Part shown: one piece after another, positions 1 through 12,700 of the stretch | How the letters are laid out: the number at the start of each line of letters is the position of its first letter | Position numbering within the stretch: the first letter of the stretch is position 1 | Source of the DNA: Tubiluchus corallicola | Taxonomy: Eukaryota > Animalia > Priapulida | DNA: 53,246 nucleotides | Direction: 5' to 3' | Assembly (NCBI GenBank): GCA_030141605.1 | Contig: JAQGDQ010001235.1 | Location: forward strand, 1 to 53,246 | Notes under the pieces: model-generated | Databases searched by the model: none | The model's input: only the letters and a program-made list of their open reading frames with translations | Told to the model about the DNA's origin: nothing | Position numbers and translations under genes: made by a program

Positions 1-117
1 AGCAAAGAACTATTTTTCAGCAAACATGTTCAATTTGATTATGACAACACATAGCTGGTATAGAACACGGCCTGTTTATTTGAAATCTTATCAACAAAAT
101 TAATTTAATTAGGCTGA

Positions 118-483
118 TTTTGAAACAGCATGCGGAAAAAACGTTCTGGCGGCGCCTGGTGGGACTCTCGGAAGGAGATATATGGCTCTTTAGAAAGAGG
201 AAGAACAGGGCTACACGATGATGTGGGCTATATTTTAGGACACGTCCACCAAGAGGAGTGACGGCGGGTTAATTAGATGTTCTATTTTTGGCAATTTTCG
301 TTTAGAAAACTGCTGACGCAAAGCCATTGTTCTGACGTCATCCATTATACTCTGTCTATAATCTTATAACTTTAATTCAGTAAAAGCTGCTATTGGCTGT
401 GCATTGTAAATGAGGACTAGGTAGGATGTTCGCGTATTTTTGATTATATTCATACGCAAGATTTTTTGCGGGGCTTTTGCTAG
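118..483 (+). mobile_element. 3' half of the same Helitron family
   Basis: Matches 16945-17345 and 39243-39609; ends in a hairpin plus CTAG|T. Confidence 0.8.
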
Positions 484-622
484 TGCATAATTAATTAACG
501 GGTCGAACTTACCAAAAAAATATTCAAAAAATGCAGATGTTAGTAAAAATATTCAGAATCCGGATAAAGAAGAAGAAGAAGTAAAGGTTTCCAACGCTGT
601 TAACATTTCAAGAGGATTTTAC

Positions 623-736
623 CTGTTTCCGGGATCGTTCCTCGCGAGCCTGTGCCTTCATCTGCTGTATCTCCATAGAATCAGGTTTACGGCGTCTCAT
701 GAATAAATCGTGGTTGCCTATGCAAAGCTCTAGAAT
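623..736 (-). CDS. NF2: Merlin coding exon 7 ([38 protein letters not shown])
   Basis: TTTTCAG acceptor, CAG|GTAAA donor, 114 nt; end of FERM and start of the helical region. Confidence 0.93.
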
Positions 737-3700
737 CTGAAAAGAGTGAAGAACGACGTCGCTTACAAAGCTACACAGTTAAGTCTGGTACCCGGCAAAC
801 CCCAGCTGTGGGTGCGGCTAACGTTGTGGCAAGACTGGAATCTAGTTATACGCCAAAAATAATGCTCTGAGGCGAAGCAATGAATCTGCAGAAGTGTTTT
901 TGCCACATTTGGCTGTGCATGAGAGAATTGTGATGAATAAAACCGTTCAGGAAGAGTTTCATTTATAAGTGGTCATCCATCCACCCACTAACCAGGTCTG
1001 CCAGATAAATTTCAACATAAATGTGTTGAATAAACATCACTGTGAATGTGTTAAGAAGATACGCTTGCAGAATGAAATATTAATAGTTAAAAGTAACATA
1101 ACTTTATTAAAAAACTTTTACATTAAAAAGTTAAAATTGTGCCAAACGTTTCGACTAGCTGCTGCTGTCATCATCAGTGGTAAATTTACAAACAAACAAC
1201 CAGTTTATATAAGCAGAAACTATTATGCACTAATTAAGTAGTAAACGGAAGCCAGACAGGTAATATGAAATTTTTCATATTGGCCAGCAATCTCAATTGT
1301 TTATCCAATGAGCCAAAAAAAATATTAACAATGCCCCACTCACCAGTTTATTGGTCCGAAGTTTGGAGGAAAAGAATATGAAATCTGGGGAACTCTTGTC
1401 TACATGCTTACATACTGACCAGCAATCTCAATTGTTTATCCAATGAGCCACAAGAAAATATTAACAACGCCCCACTCACCAGTTTATTGGTCTGAAGTTT
1501 GGAGGAAAAGAATATGAAATCTGGGGAACTCTTGTCTACATGCTTTCATACTGACCAGCAATCTCAATTGTTTATCCAATGAGCCACAAAAAATATTAAC
1601 AACGCCCCACTCACCAGTTTATTGGTCCGAAGTTTGGAGGAAAAGAATATGAAATCTGGGGAACTCTTGTCTACATGCTTTCATACTGACCAGCAATCTC
1701 ATTTGTTTATCCAATGAGCCACAAGAAAATATTAACAATGCCCCACTCACCAGTTTATTGGTCCAAAGTTTGGAGGAAAAGAATATGAAATCTGGGGAAC
1801 TCTTGTCTACAGGTTTACATACTGACCAGCAATCTCATTTGTTTATCCAATGAGCCACAAGAAAATATTAACAATGCCCCACTCACCAGTTTATTGGTCC
1901 AAAGTTTGGAGGAAAAGAATATGAAATCTGGGTAACTCTTATCTACATGTTTACATACTGACCAGCAATCTCAATTGTTTATCCAATGAGCCACAAGAAA
2001 ATATTAACAAGGCCCCACTCACCAGTTTATTGGTCCGAAGTTTGGAGGAAAAGAATATGAAATCCGGGGAACTCTTGTCTACATGTTTTATAGTAAACTT
2101 CTTATCACTGAACGATATATTTTTGATTTCGCTCCAGGGAAACGTCACTCTTGGTGTCAATCTGTTGTCTTTCTCGTAAATGTGCAATCCTAGAGCCGTG
2201 ACGCCGAGCCAGAGATCCGATTCCTTCTTGTTCTGTGGAAAAAAAACAAGTTGTTGTCGTTGAAAGAATTAATAAATATGCGCACAAAGTTAGCAAAAGC
2301 ATTTCATTAAAGAAGAGTGATTGCGAATGGCGAGGGCTCGTCAAGAAAATGCTTGCTTCTGTTTTACCTCATGAGTTCGAAAAAATCTCACTAGTGAAGG
2401 AGAAAAGATAGAAGTCCGTTTAATCGCAAATGAAGTTGTTATTGCGATTGCGATACTCGACTCTCTCCACCTATCAGAGGGGGGCACCTTTATAGGGTGC
2501 AAAGTCTATTCTTCTATAACGCTGATCTTTTAGTTGTCTTTTCCAAGTTTAATGTCTTTATTTGTCTTTATCCTGTATTCCATACATTCGTTCACTAGAT
2601 TTCTAATTTCTAGCAATCCTTCCTTTTCACTGTTCATTAATATAGGTGAGTTTGAAGGCAATTAAATACCTTTATACAGTCGACCCTCGTTAAACCGGAC
2701 CCCGTTAGCCCGGATATCGGAGAAGACGGACGTCATCCGTGGTAAAGGAAACTGACCGATTTCCGTCCGAGCCGGAGCGCTAAACACAACACGGCCTACC
2801 AACTGTACAATATTTTCTTTATCCTCACAGGTTAACTATTTTAAAGTAATATGCAGTGTAGTATATAGTGCACAATATATACTGCAATGTATATAGGCCT
2901 TATTAAGGTGATTATTCCTGTATAATATAGACCATATATAGGCATATCGGATAAATCGGACAATCGGCTAAACCGGACCACCACCCCCCCCCCCATTAGT
3001 CCGGTTTAACGAGGGTTGACTGTAGTTAAAAACAGCACAACGTTATTAAAACTTTTACATTATAAAGTTAAAATCGTGCCAAACGCTTTGACAAGTTGAA
3101 AAGTGGAATATTTAAATACAGTTGAAAATAAAGTTTATTTCATATTGTTTAACTGTAATTTTCTAAATTTTTTTCAATTCACATTTCTTAACACTTTGTT
3201 TTGCATTACTATTTTATCGTATAATTATCGATTATCGAATAATTTATTTTTGTACGGTACGAAGGCTTAAATTCGCCCATTTTCTGATAGTTATGGTATA
3301 AACAGCAACACTGCTTTAGAGAAGCATACCTGGATCTCACCAAAACAGCAATGTTATAAAAATTGTTGCATTTTACATTTTAAATTTAAAAAATGCACTT
3401 TTATATGACTGCGACGAGAAAGCACATGAATGCACAAAAAGTTATAAAATTTCCTGCCAGGTGTGTGATGAAAAATCAGCCGCGCGATTAGAGGGAAACG
3501 GAAATGTTTCAGATGTCATCTTATTATCAGTAAATGGTTTGCAAAGCACGCGGATCAATGCAAAATCTCACATACCGCAATTTGGAAGTAGTTTACTCCG
3601 TACATCTCCAGTCTCTCCTGTGCAACCTTCAAATACTCCGTCTCAGCTTCGTCTCTTGTTGTGCCTCGATGATCTGCGTACCTGCAAAGTACTTGCTGGT

Positions 3701-6700
3701 AACACAAGCAATTTACTCATAATCACAATGGCAAGTTAAAGCACAAGAAAACCCTCCACTTTCCAGAAGCATAAAAAATGCATCTTGAAGTTTTATACCA
3801 CTTACATACTGCCTTTTTGTATCGGGCTTGCGTCGGTCGTAACGTCGTATAAAACTTGTAAATTTAAATTCCTGCGATGACCGTTAGACGCAGCCATTTT
3901 GATGATAGGTCATTTGAAACAAGTTTAGATAACATTGAGCAAAGTTTGAAAAAAATAATCAGAACATTCGTATAGCGCACAAGTCACTAACTAAGTAAAA
4001 TTTTAAATAACTGCATCTTGTCAAAAAGATTAAAAACACATTTTTGGTTAGTAAGTGGTGCACCCTGGAGGGTGAGTAAACAACATTTTACCAATTGATG
4101 AAAACATTTTGATTAAAAATTTTCTTTTCTAGTTACATAAGTCTTTCCAGTGGGTAAGTGAAATGCTAAGTAATACAGATTTGCATGGAAAGTTTTTGGG
4201 ACATGATCTAACATTGCCTTTTCTTCCCCTGATTTACGTTGTGCGTGTATGACGTCATGATAGCACCGTCAGGATAGTATTGTGGGAGATTTAAAATGAA
4301 AACAAACAAAATATCCTTTCTACGCAAGTACAACATAAGCATAAAATTGCTGTAAAGTAATTTAGTTTTTTGAGGTGATTTTTCTGAAACCTGCTTCAAG
4401 TACCCCATTTCTTGTCTTTTAAACTTACCAAACTTTGATCTTCTCTTCCCACATTTCAGGAGTCATCTGGTATTGATCAATGACCCGTTGCGGAAGCAGA
4501 TTTTCTGTTGTGAGCCAACCTTGTTTCAATGTGGAATCATCGCAATCACCATACTAAAACATTAAGCATTCAGCTTTAATCCTATAGATGTTCTGTTATA
4601 GGGATGCAACACACATTTAAACTGCCATTTTTTTCTCTAAATTGTAGTATAAAAAACCTTTCCAGTAAACATCAGTTGTACTCACTAAAACTTCAGTGAA
4701 TCTTCGGTTTACTCTTTTAACAATTGTCACACTCAGTGAAAATTATATTAAAGGAAAACCGGACAATTGTTTATACTCAATCTCAATTTAATTTACTGTC
4801 CAAAATATACATTTTCTTGCCTAAAAAAGCTAACAATTGTTCCTTATATTTAAATAATTAGCTTAGATAGTTAATTAACGGCAACCGAACACAGCTATTG
4901 CTTACGTCAGAAACTAACCACAGTTTGTGCAATAACAGGCATCTTCCCTTGCATGCCAAGCACATTTGCATAAGTGTTACAGTACTGTTTAAAAGCATGA
5001 TGTCATGAAAAATGAGCTTTACATCATATGATGTCAGAAACTAACACAGCAGTTCATGACCATGCTTATCATGGTACAACTTCTGTCTGTCAGTGACAAA
5101 AAGGTGCCGCTGCCAATCTTAGTAGGTTCACTGAGCCGCGCGTAGCTTTGAAAGTTTAACGAAATTTGAGTATCCGAGGTAATTATTATTTAATCTAAGC
5201 TTTGATTTAAAATAAGCTATTGTAGTTTTCAATATTTTAGAGCATTCTTTATTCTGAACTCGTGTTTACACAATCATCCGGTTTTCCTTTACACAAACCA
5301 AATATTTCTCTATGGTGCTTAAAAAATGTATGTAAAAATAGCTGATGATAAACAGCGGACATTTTGCTTTCTGTTTCTGTATAATAACTCGAAAAATGCG
5401 AAAGGCAGAGTTGAATCACAAGTCATGTCAATGCGCTACAGGGGGCAGTGATGTATTCGTTTATGTACGACAAAATAAATCATAGAGATATGTGTGATTT
5501 AGAAAAGTAAACTGTTTTCAATTTCTTTTTTTAATAAATCACTTTATATTTTTATTATTAAAAATAATATTATATTATATTATATTATATTACATTATAT
5601 TACATTACATTACATTACATTACATTACATTACATTACATTACATTACATTACATTACATTACATTACATTACATTACATTACATTACATTACATTACAT
5701 TACATTACATTATATTATATTATAATATATTAAAATTATATTAAAATATATAAATTAAGGTAGAAGTAGCAGCAAAGTCTCCAAAAGTCACAGGAACAAT
5801 GTCACTGTCTACTAATTCTTGCAAAGTAGAGAACACGTGGTCTTGGTGGCTTACAAATAGCTTATTGACCAATGTTCCTGTGTACATGGCAGTTAAAATA
5901 ATGACAAATAGCCACCAACATCCGGTAAAAACCTGAGCCGCCCAATGCTGAGGTAAGTAAGTTCCACCTTGCTGCAGAAATGAGGCTAGGATATATTGAA
6001 TGTAGTATGTTATGCCAGTTTTAGTAGGCCTGCTGTTTATTTGACTGAAATCATTTTCATTGCATATTGGTTTTGTTTGACAATCAAAACAGTAGATTAT
6101 TGGCCCAGCCAAGAGCCCGAATGTTATCAGAAGCAACCAAACGTGGGTGCTGAAGGGATCTGTTAAGTTAAATCCCTGTAATTTATTCCGCTTTGTAACG
6201 AACACTTGTGGCGAATATGCAACTGGATGTAGAAAAGTCATGTATTTCATTCTTTCTCGGAGTATTGTCACCAGTCCAAATATGTCTACCTCAGCCTTTT
6301 CAGCCACAGTTTCTGGAGTTTCCAAAGCTTCAATAACGTTTATATTAAAGCTAAAGTTTAATACATTACTCAGTAACAGTACTACATCAATCGTGAAAAG
6401 TGCAGCGGGATCATCATCCCAAATACCCACAGAATGTTGAGCACCTTTAAGTGAGTAGTCCTGAGAGTCCCATCTGTTTTCATGAAGTACCACATATCCT
6501 TTTTGAATGCTGCCCTTTTTATTCCTCAGGTGCTTGACCTGAGTGACTTTTCGCTGTTTGTCCAGTTTGGTTTTGCACCCGCTGATGCAAAATATTTCCA
6601 AAAACTGAAGAGTAATGATGCAAGCAAGAAAGAACAGTGTCTGTCTGAAGACCATTTCACTGCAACTCTGGATTACTTGCACTTGTGTTCAAAACTAAAG

Positions 6701-9700
6701 GCATATGTCCTGCTCTGGTTTGATTTTGTCTTTCCTGTTCTGACAATTTGTTAATGTCTATTAAAATTTGCAGATTTACACTGTTATTAGTAGCTTGATG
6801 TCACTTTTGTCTTGGTTTTTGTTTGCTAATACAAATACCTCTTTGTCACAAATTGAAGTTACAGGATGCATTTGTTTACCAACTTTTATGTTTTTTGTTC
6901 TCGCTCATGTCTTTCATGCACGAAATGCCAATAAAATGACAGAAATGTATAAAATGACATCACTTCCAAAACAAAATTCTAGAAATAGCATGCCAATACA
7001 ACAAAGGAAACATTAAAAACAAGTTTTTTCATTTTAGATCAATAAGTTGCTTCAGTGTCAGTCAACTACAATAATTAGTTGTGTGGTGTTTGTACCAAGG
7101 AAGAAAAATAACATCTGCTGATATTAACTTTATGAAGAATTTCTGAAGGTAAATTGCTAAGACATCAGCATAGGTAGAATATAGGTGAGTTTATTTATAA
7201 ATCATTAACAGCACATCTTTATTCAATCTCTGACAGCCAACTGACCAGGTAAGTTTTCCATGAAGCCAGCAATTCAATGAAGGTAAATGTTATGCATACT
7301 AGTTCAAGGATGAAAGTTTAGACTGTATATAAAGAAATAGACTTATTTTACAGCTGAAATTTCCTGTGTGGGATTTTTAATGTTTTAACCAGAGAATGTA
7401 ATAATATGACATAATGAATAAAAAATAAAATCAAGAAATCGTGAGCTTCACGACACACTTCCTCTGGTCTTGGAGCATCCCAGTCTTGTTATGGAGCATG
7501 GGAACTAACTAAATGTCTCGTGGAATACATAAAGATGGCATTTTGCATAGATTCAGTATCGGATTAACATAACTTATGTTTTTGTTTTTTTTTGATGAAT
7601 GCTTTAGTTAGAGAACATACTGATATTCAACTAAACACGGACAAAAACAAAATGCAAAAGGATGATTATGTAGCAAATTATTATTGATATTTTAACCACA
7701 ATAAAGTAGATACATAAGTGTTGAAATAGACTACTTGTTATAATCTGTCGTTGCACAGGGTATAGAGGTGCTATCATGTCAAGCTAAAACAGTAATAACT
7801 CATAACGACTTATATATATATATATAGCCTGATGATTGGAAATAATAGCAAAATAACACAAAGTAAAAAGCCCTAACCACATTGAGCTAGAAGCACATAT
7901 GGTAGAATAAGGCTCAATTCTCCTTGCAGAGCACATTCACCATGCCAATCAAATAGGAAGGTGAAACTTACAATTCAGTTTATTTATAACTTAAACTACG
8001 GATTTGTGTAATGCTTTACTCGATAATACAGTGATTCTATTATGAAAGTAAAAAGTGCTATGCTCATTCCAAAAAGAATTACCCAGAACACAGCACTAAG
8101 CTGTTCTACAGGAATTGCTTCTGCTTCTACAGTTTGAATGGGTGTGTCCAAACACTGTTCTGACAGATGTAGCATGTTCTCCAGTTTCCCTGCTATCATA
8201 TCACTTTGCAGTAATGTAGCAATGCCGTGGTTCAGTGCTTCTGTAAAATTACTTTCTCTTGGTACTGCAAAGGACATATGTAGTGGTAATGTGGTGACTG
8301 GTGCTATAGAAAATCTACATTTTCCATGTAATTTGAAATCATGGATAAGGTCTAACTTTGCGTTGATTCCATCGCAAAAGTATGTATACCGTCCTGTAGC
8401 CGTGAGACGTAATGCTGTTGCTACATCATCCGCAGGTACATTCTTGTCAGTTTCCATTTTCTTCCACAGCTTGCTATAATCTGTATCAGGTTGGCTGTTT
8501 TTTAAGATAGAAGTAGCAGCAAAATCTCCAATAGTTACAGGAACAATGTTGCTGTCTACTAATTCTTGTAAGGTAGAGAATACATGGTATTGGTGGCTTA
8601 CAAATAGCTTACTGACCAATGTTCCTGTGTACATGGCAGTTAAAATAATGACAAAGAGCCACCAGCATCCGGTAATAACCTGAGCCGCCCAACGCCAGCA
8701 TCCGGTAATAACCTGAGCCGCCCAACGCTGAGGTAAGTAAGTTCCACCTTGCTGCAGAAATGAGGCTAGGATATATTGAATGTAGTATGTTATGCCAGTT
8801 TTAGTAGGCCTGCTGTTTATTTGACTGAAATCATTTTCATTGCATATCGTCTTTGTTTGACAATCAAAACAGTAGATTATTGGCCCAGCCAAGAGCCCAA
8901 AGGTTATCAGAAGTAACCAGACCGGGGTACTGAAAGGGTCTGTTAAGTTAAATCCATGTAATTTATTCCGCTTTGTAACAAACACTTGTGGCGAATATGT
9001 GACTGGATGTAGAAAAGTCATGTAATCCGTTCTTTCTCGGAGTATTGTCACCAGTCCAAATATGTCTACCTCAGCTTTTTCAGCCACAGTTTCTGGAGTT
9101 TCCAAAGCTTCTATGGTCTTTATGTTAAAGCTAAAGTTTAATGCATTACTCAGTAACTTTACCACATCAATTGTAAATTGTGCAGTGGGATCATCGTCCC
9201 AAATCCCCACTGCAAGTTGAGCACCTTGAAACGAGTAGTCCTGTGCATCCTGTATGTTTTCATAAAACGCCACATATTCTTTTTGAATGCCGTCCTTTTG
9301 GTTTCTGAGGTGCTTAATCGAAATGATTTTTCGCTTTTTGTCCAGTTTGATTTTGCACTCACTGATGCAAAATATGTCCAGAAACTGAAAAGTAATGATG
9401 CAAACAAGAAACAGCAGCGTCTGTCTGGAAATCATTTCTCTGCGGTTCTGTATTACTTGTGATCATGAACACCACTGAAACCCTTCAAATGTCATTACAT
9501 TATGCTTTGTCATGCTGAAGAGTAAAAATACAAATAGCAGCGCCTGTTTGGAAATCATTTCTCTCCGGCTCTCAGTTACTTGTGATCATGATCAGCACTG
9601 AAAGCCTTTGTCAGTATATTTTGCTTTTGTTTCAACTGCAAATATTAAGCTTAAAAGCCTCTCACACAGGCTGTTTGCTAATTAATATTATGCTCTTTCA

Positions 9701-12700
9701 ACAGTAGTAAATAAATATTTCTTCTTTGTCTCGGGCAACTGTTCTGTGTGATTTTACACAAACTTTGCCACAAACTGAAAGGAATCGGTCAATACTTGTC
9801 TGCTGCCATTATAGTTCATTGTTGTAGCTTGTGTTTTTTAGCTGGTAACGGCATACAACGGGTATGAAAGGGTTAATGCTAAAAGCAATTAACGATAAAC
9901 AGCGGACATTTTGCTTTTGGTATAATAACTCGAAAAATGCGAAAGGCAGAGTTGAATCACAAGTCATGTCAAAGCGCTACAGAGGGGCGATGATGTATTC
10001 ACTTATATACGACAAAATAAATCATAGAGATATGTGTGATTTAGAAAAGTAAACGCTTTTCAATTTCTTTTTTATTAAATCACTTATATTTTTATTATTA
10101 AAAATAATATTATATTATATTATATTATATTATATATTAAAATTATATTAAAATAAATAAGATATACACTTTATGTTAAAAATTATTTTTAAACATCTGC
10201 ATGGGAATGTAATGGTTGGCTGTTTTTTAAGATAGAAGTAGGAGCAAAGTCTCCAATAGTTACAGGAACAATGTTGCTGTCTACTACTTCTTGCAAAGTT
10301 GAGAACACATGGTGTTGGTGGCTTACAAATAGCTTACTGACCAATGTTCCTGTGTACATGGCAGTTAAAATAATGACAAAGAGCCACCAGCATCCGGTAA
10401 TAACCTGAGCCGCCCAACGCTGAGGTAAGTAAGTTCCACCTTGCTGCAGAAATGAGGCTAGGGTATATTGAATGTAGTACGTTATGCCTGTTTTAGTAGG
10501 CCTGCTGTTTATTTGACTGAAATCATTTTCATTGCATATCCTCTTTGTTTGATAATCAAAACAGTAGATTATTGGCCCAGCCAAGAGCCCGAATGTTATC
10601 AGAAGTAACCAAACCGGGGTGCTGAAGGGATCTGTTAAGTTAAATCCCTGTAATTTATTCCTCTTTGTAACGAACACTTGTGGCGAATATGCGACTGGAT
10701 GTAGAAAAGTCATGTATTTCATTCTTTCTCGGAGTATTGTCACCAGTCCAAATATGTCTACCTCAGCCTTTTCAGCCACAGTTTCTGGAATTTCCAAAGC
10801 TTCTATGGCATTTATATAAAAGATAAAGTTTAATGCATTACTCAGTAACAGTACTACATCAATCGTGAAAAGTGCAGAGGGATCATCATCCCAGATCCTG
10901 ACTGCAAGTTGAGCACCTTTAAGTGAGTAGTCCTGTGTATCCCATCTGTTTTCATGAAGTACCACATATCCTTTTTGAATGCTGCCCTTTTTGTTCCTCA
11001 GGTGCTTGACCTGAGTGACGATTCGCTGTTTGTCCAGTTTGGTTTTGCACCCGCTGATGCAAAATATTTCCAAAAACTGAAGAGTAATGATGCAAGCAAG
11101 AAAGAACAGTGTCTGTCTGAAGACCATTTCACTGCAACTCTGGATTACTTGCAGTTGTGATCAGAAGTAGAGGTATTTGTCCTGCTCTAGTTTGCTTTCG
11201 TCTTTCCTGTTCTGACATTACTGTTGTTAATGTCTATTAAAATTTGCAGATTTACATTGTTACTAGTAGATTGATATCACTTTTGTCTTGGTTTTTGTTT
11301 GCTAATACAAATACCTCTTTGTCACAAATTGAAAATTATAGGTTGCGTTTCTTTACCAACCTTTATGTTTTATTGTTCTCGCTCATGTCTTTCATGCGCG
11401 AAATGCCAATAAAATATCAGAAATGTATAAAATGACATCACCGCCACAACAAAATTCTAGAAATGGCATGCCAATACAACAAAGGAAACATTAAAAACAT
11501 TAACACAAAAGCAAGTTTTTTTCATTTTAGAACAATAAGTTGCTTCAGTGTCAGTCAACTACAATAATTAGTTGTGTGGTGTTTGTGCCAAGGAAGAAAA
11601 ATAACATCTGCTGACATTAACGTCCTGTGATCTAGGTGCATCCCAGTCTTGTTATGGAGCATGGGAACTAAGTAAATGTATCGTGGAATACAAAAAGGTG
11701 GCATTTTTCATAGATTCAGTATAGGATTAACATAACTTATGTTTTTGTTTTTTTTTTGATGAATGCTTTAGTTAGAGAACATACTGATATTCAACTAAAC
11801 ACGGACAAAAACAAAATGCAAAAGGATGATTATGTAGCAGATTATTATTGATATTTTAACCACAATAAAGTAGATACATAAGTGTTGAAATAGACTACTT
11901 GTTATAATCTGTCGTTGCACAGGGTATAGAGGTGCTATCATGTCAAGCTAAAACAGTAATAACTCATAACGACTTATATATATAGATATAGCCTGATGAT
12001 TGGAAATAATAGCAAAATAACACAAAGTAAGAAACCCTAACCACATTGAGCTAGAAGCACATATGGTAGAATAAGGCTCAATTCTCCTTGCAGCTCACAT
12101 TCACCATGCCAATCAAACAGGAAGGTGAAACTTACTATTCAGGTTATTTATAACTTAAACTACGGATTTGTGAAATGCTTGACTCGATAATAAAGTGATT
12201 CTATTATGAAAGTAAGAAGTGCAATGCTCATTCCAAAAAGAATTGCCCAGAATACAGCACTAAGCTGTTCTACGGGAATTGCTTCTGCTTCTACTGTTTG
12301 AATGGGTGTGTCCAAACACTGTTGTGACAGATGTAGTATGTTCTCCAGTTTCCCTGCTATCATATCACTTTGCAGTAATGTAGCAATGCCGTGGTTCAGT
12401 GCTTCTGTGAAATTACTTTCTCTTGGTACTGCAAAGGACATTTGTAGTGGTAATGTGGTGACTGGTGCTATAGAAAATCTACATTTTCCATGTAATTTGA
12501 AATCATGGACAAGGTCTAACATTGCGTAGATTCCATTACGAAAGTATGTATACCGTCCTGTAGCCGTGAGATCTAATGCTGTTGCTACATCATCCACAGG
12601 TACATTCTTGTCAATTTCCATTTTCTTCCACAGCTTGCTATAGTCTGTATCAGGTGGACTGTTTTTTAAGATAGAAGTAGCAGCAAAATCTCCAATAGTT

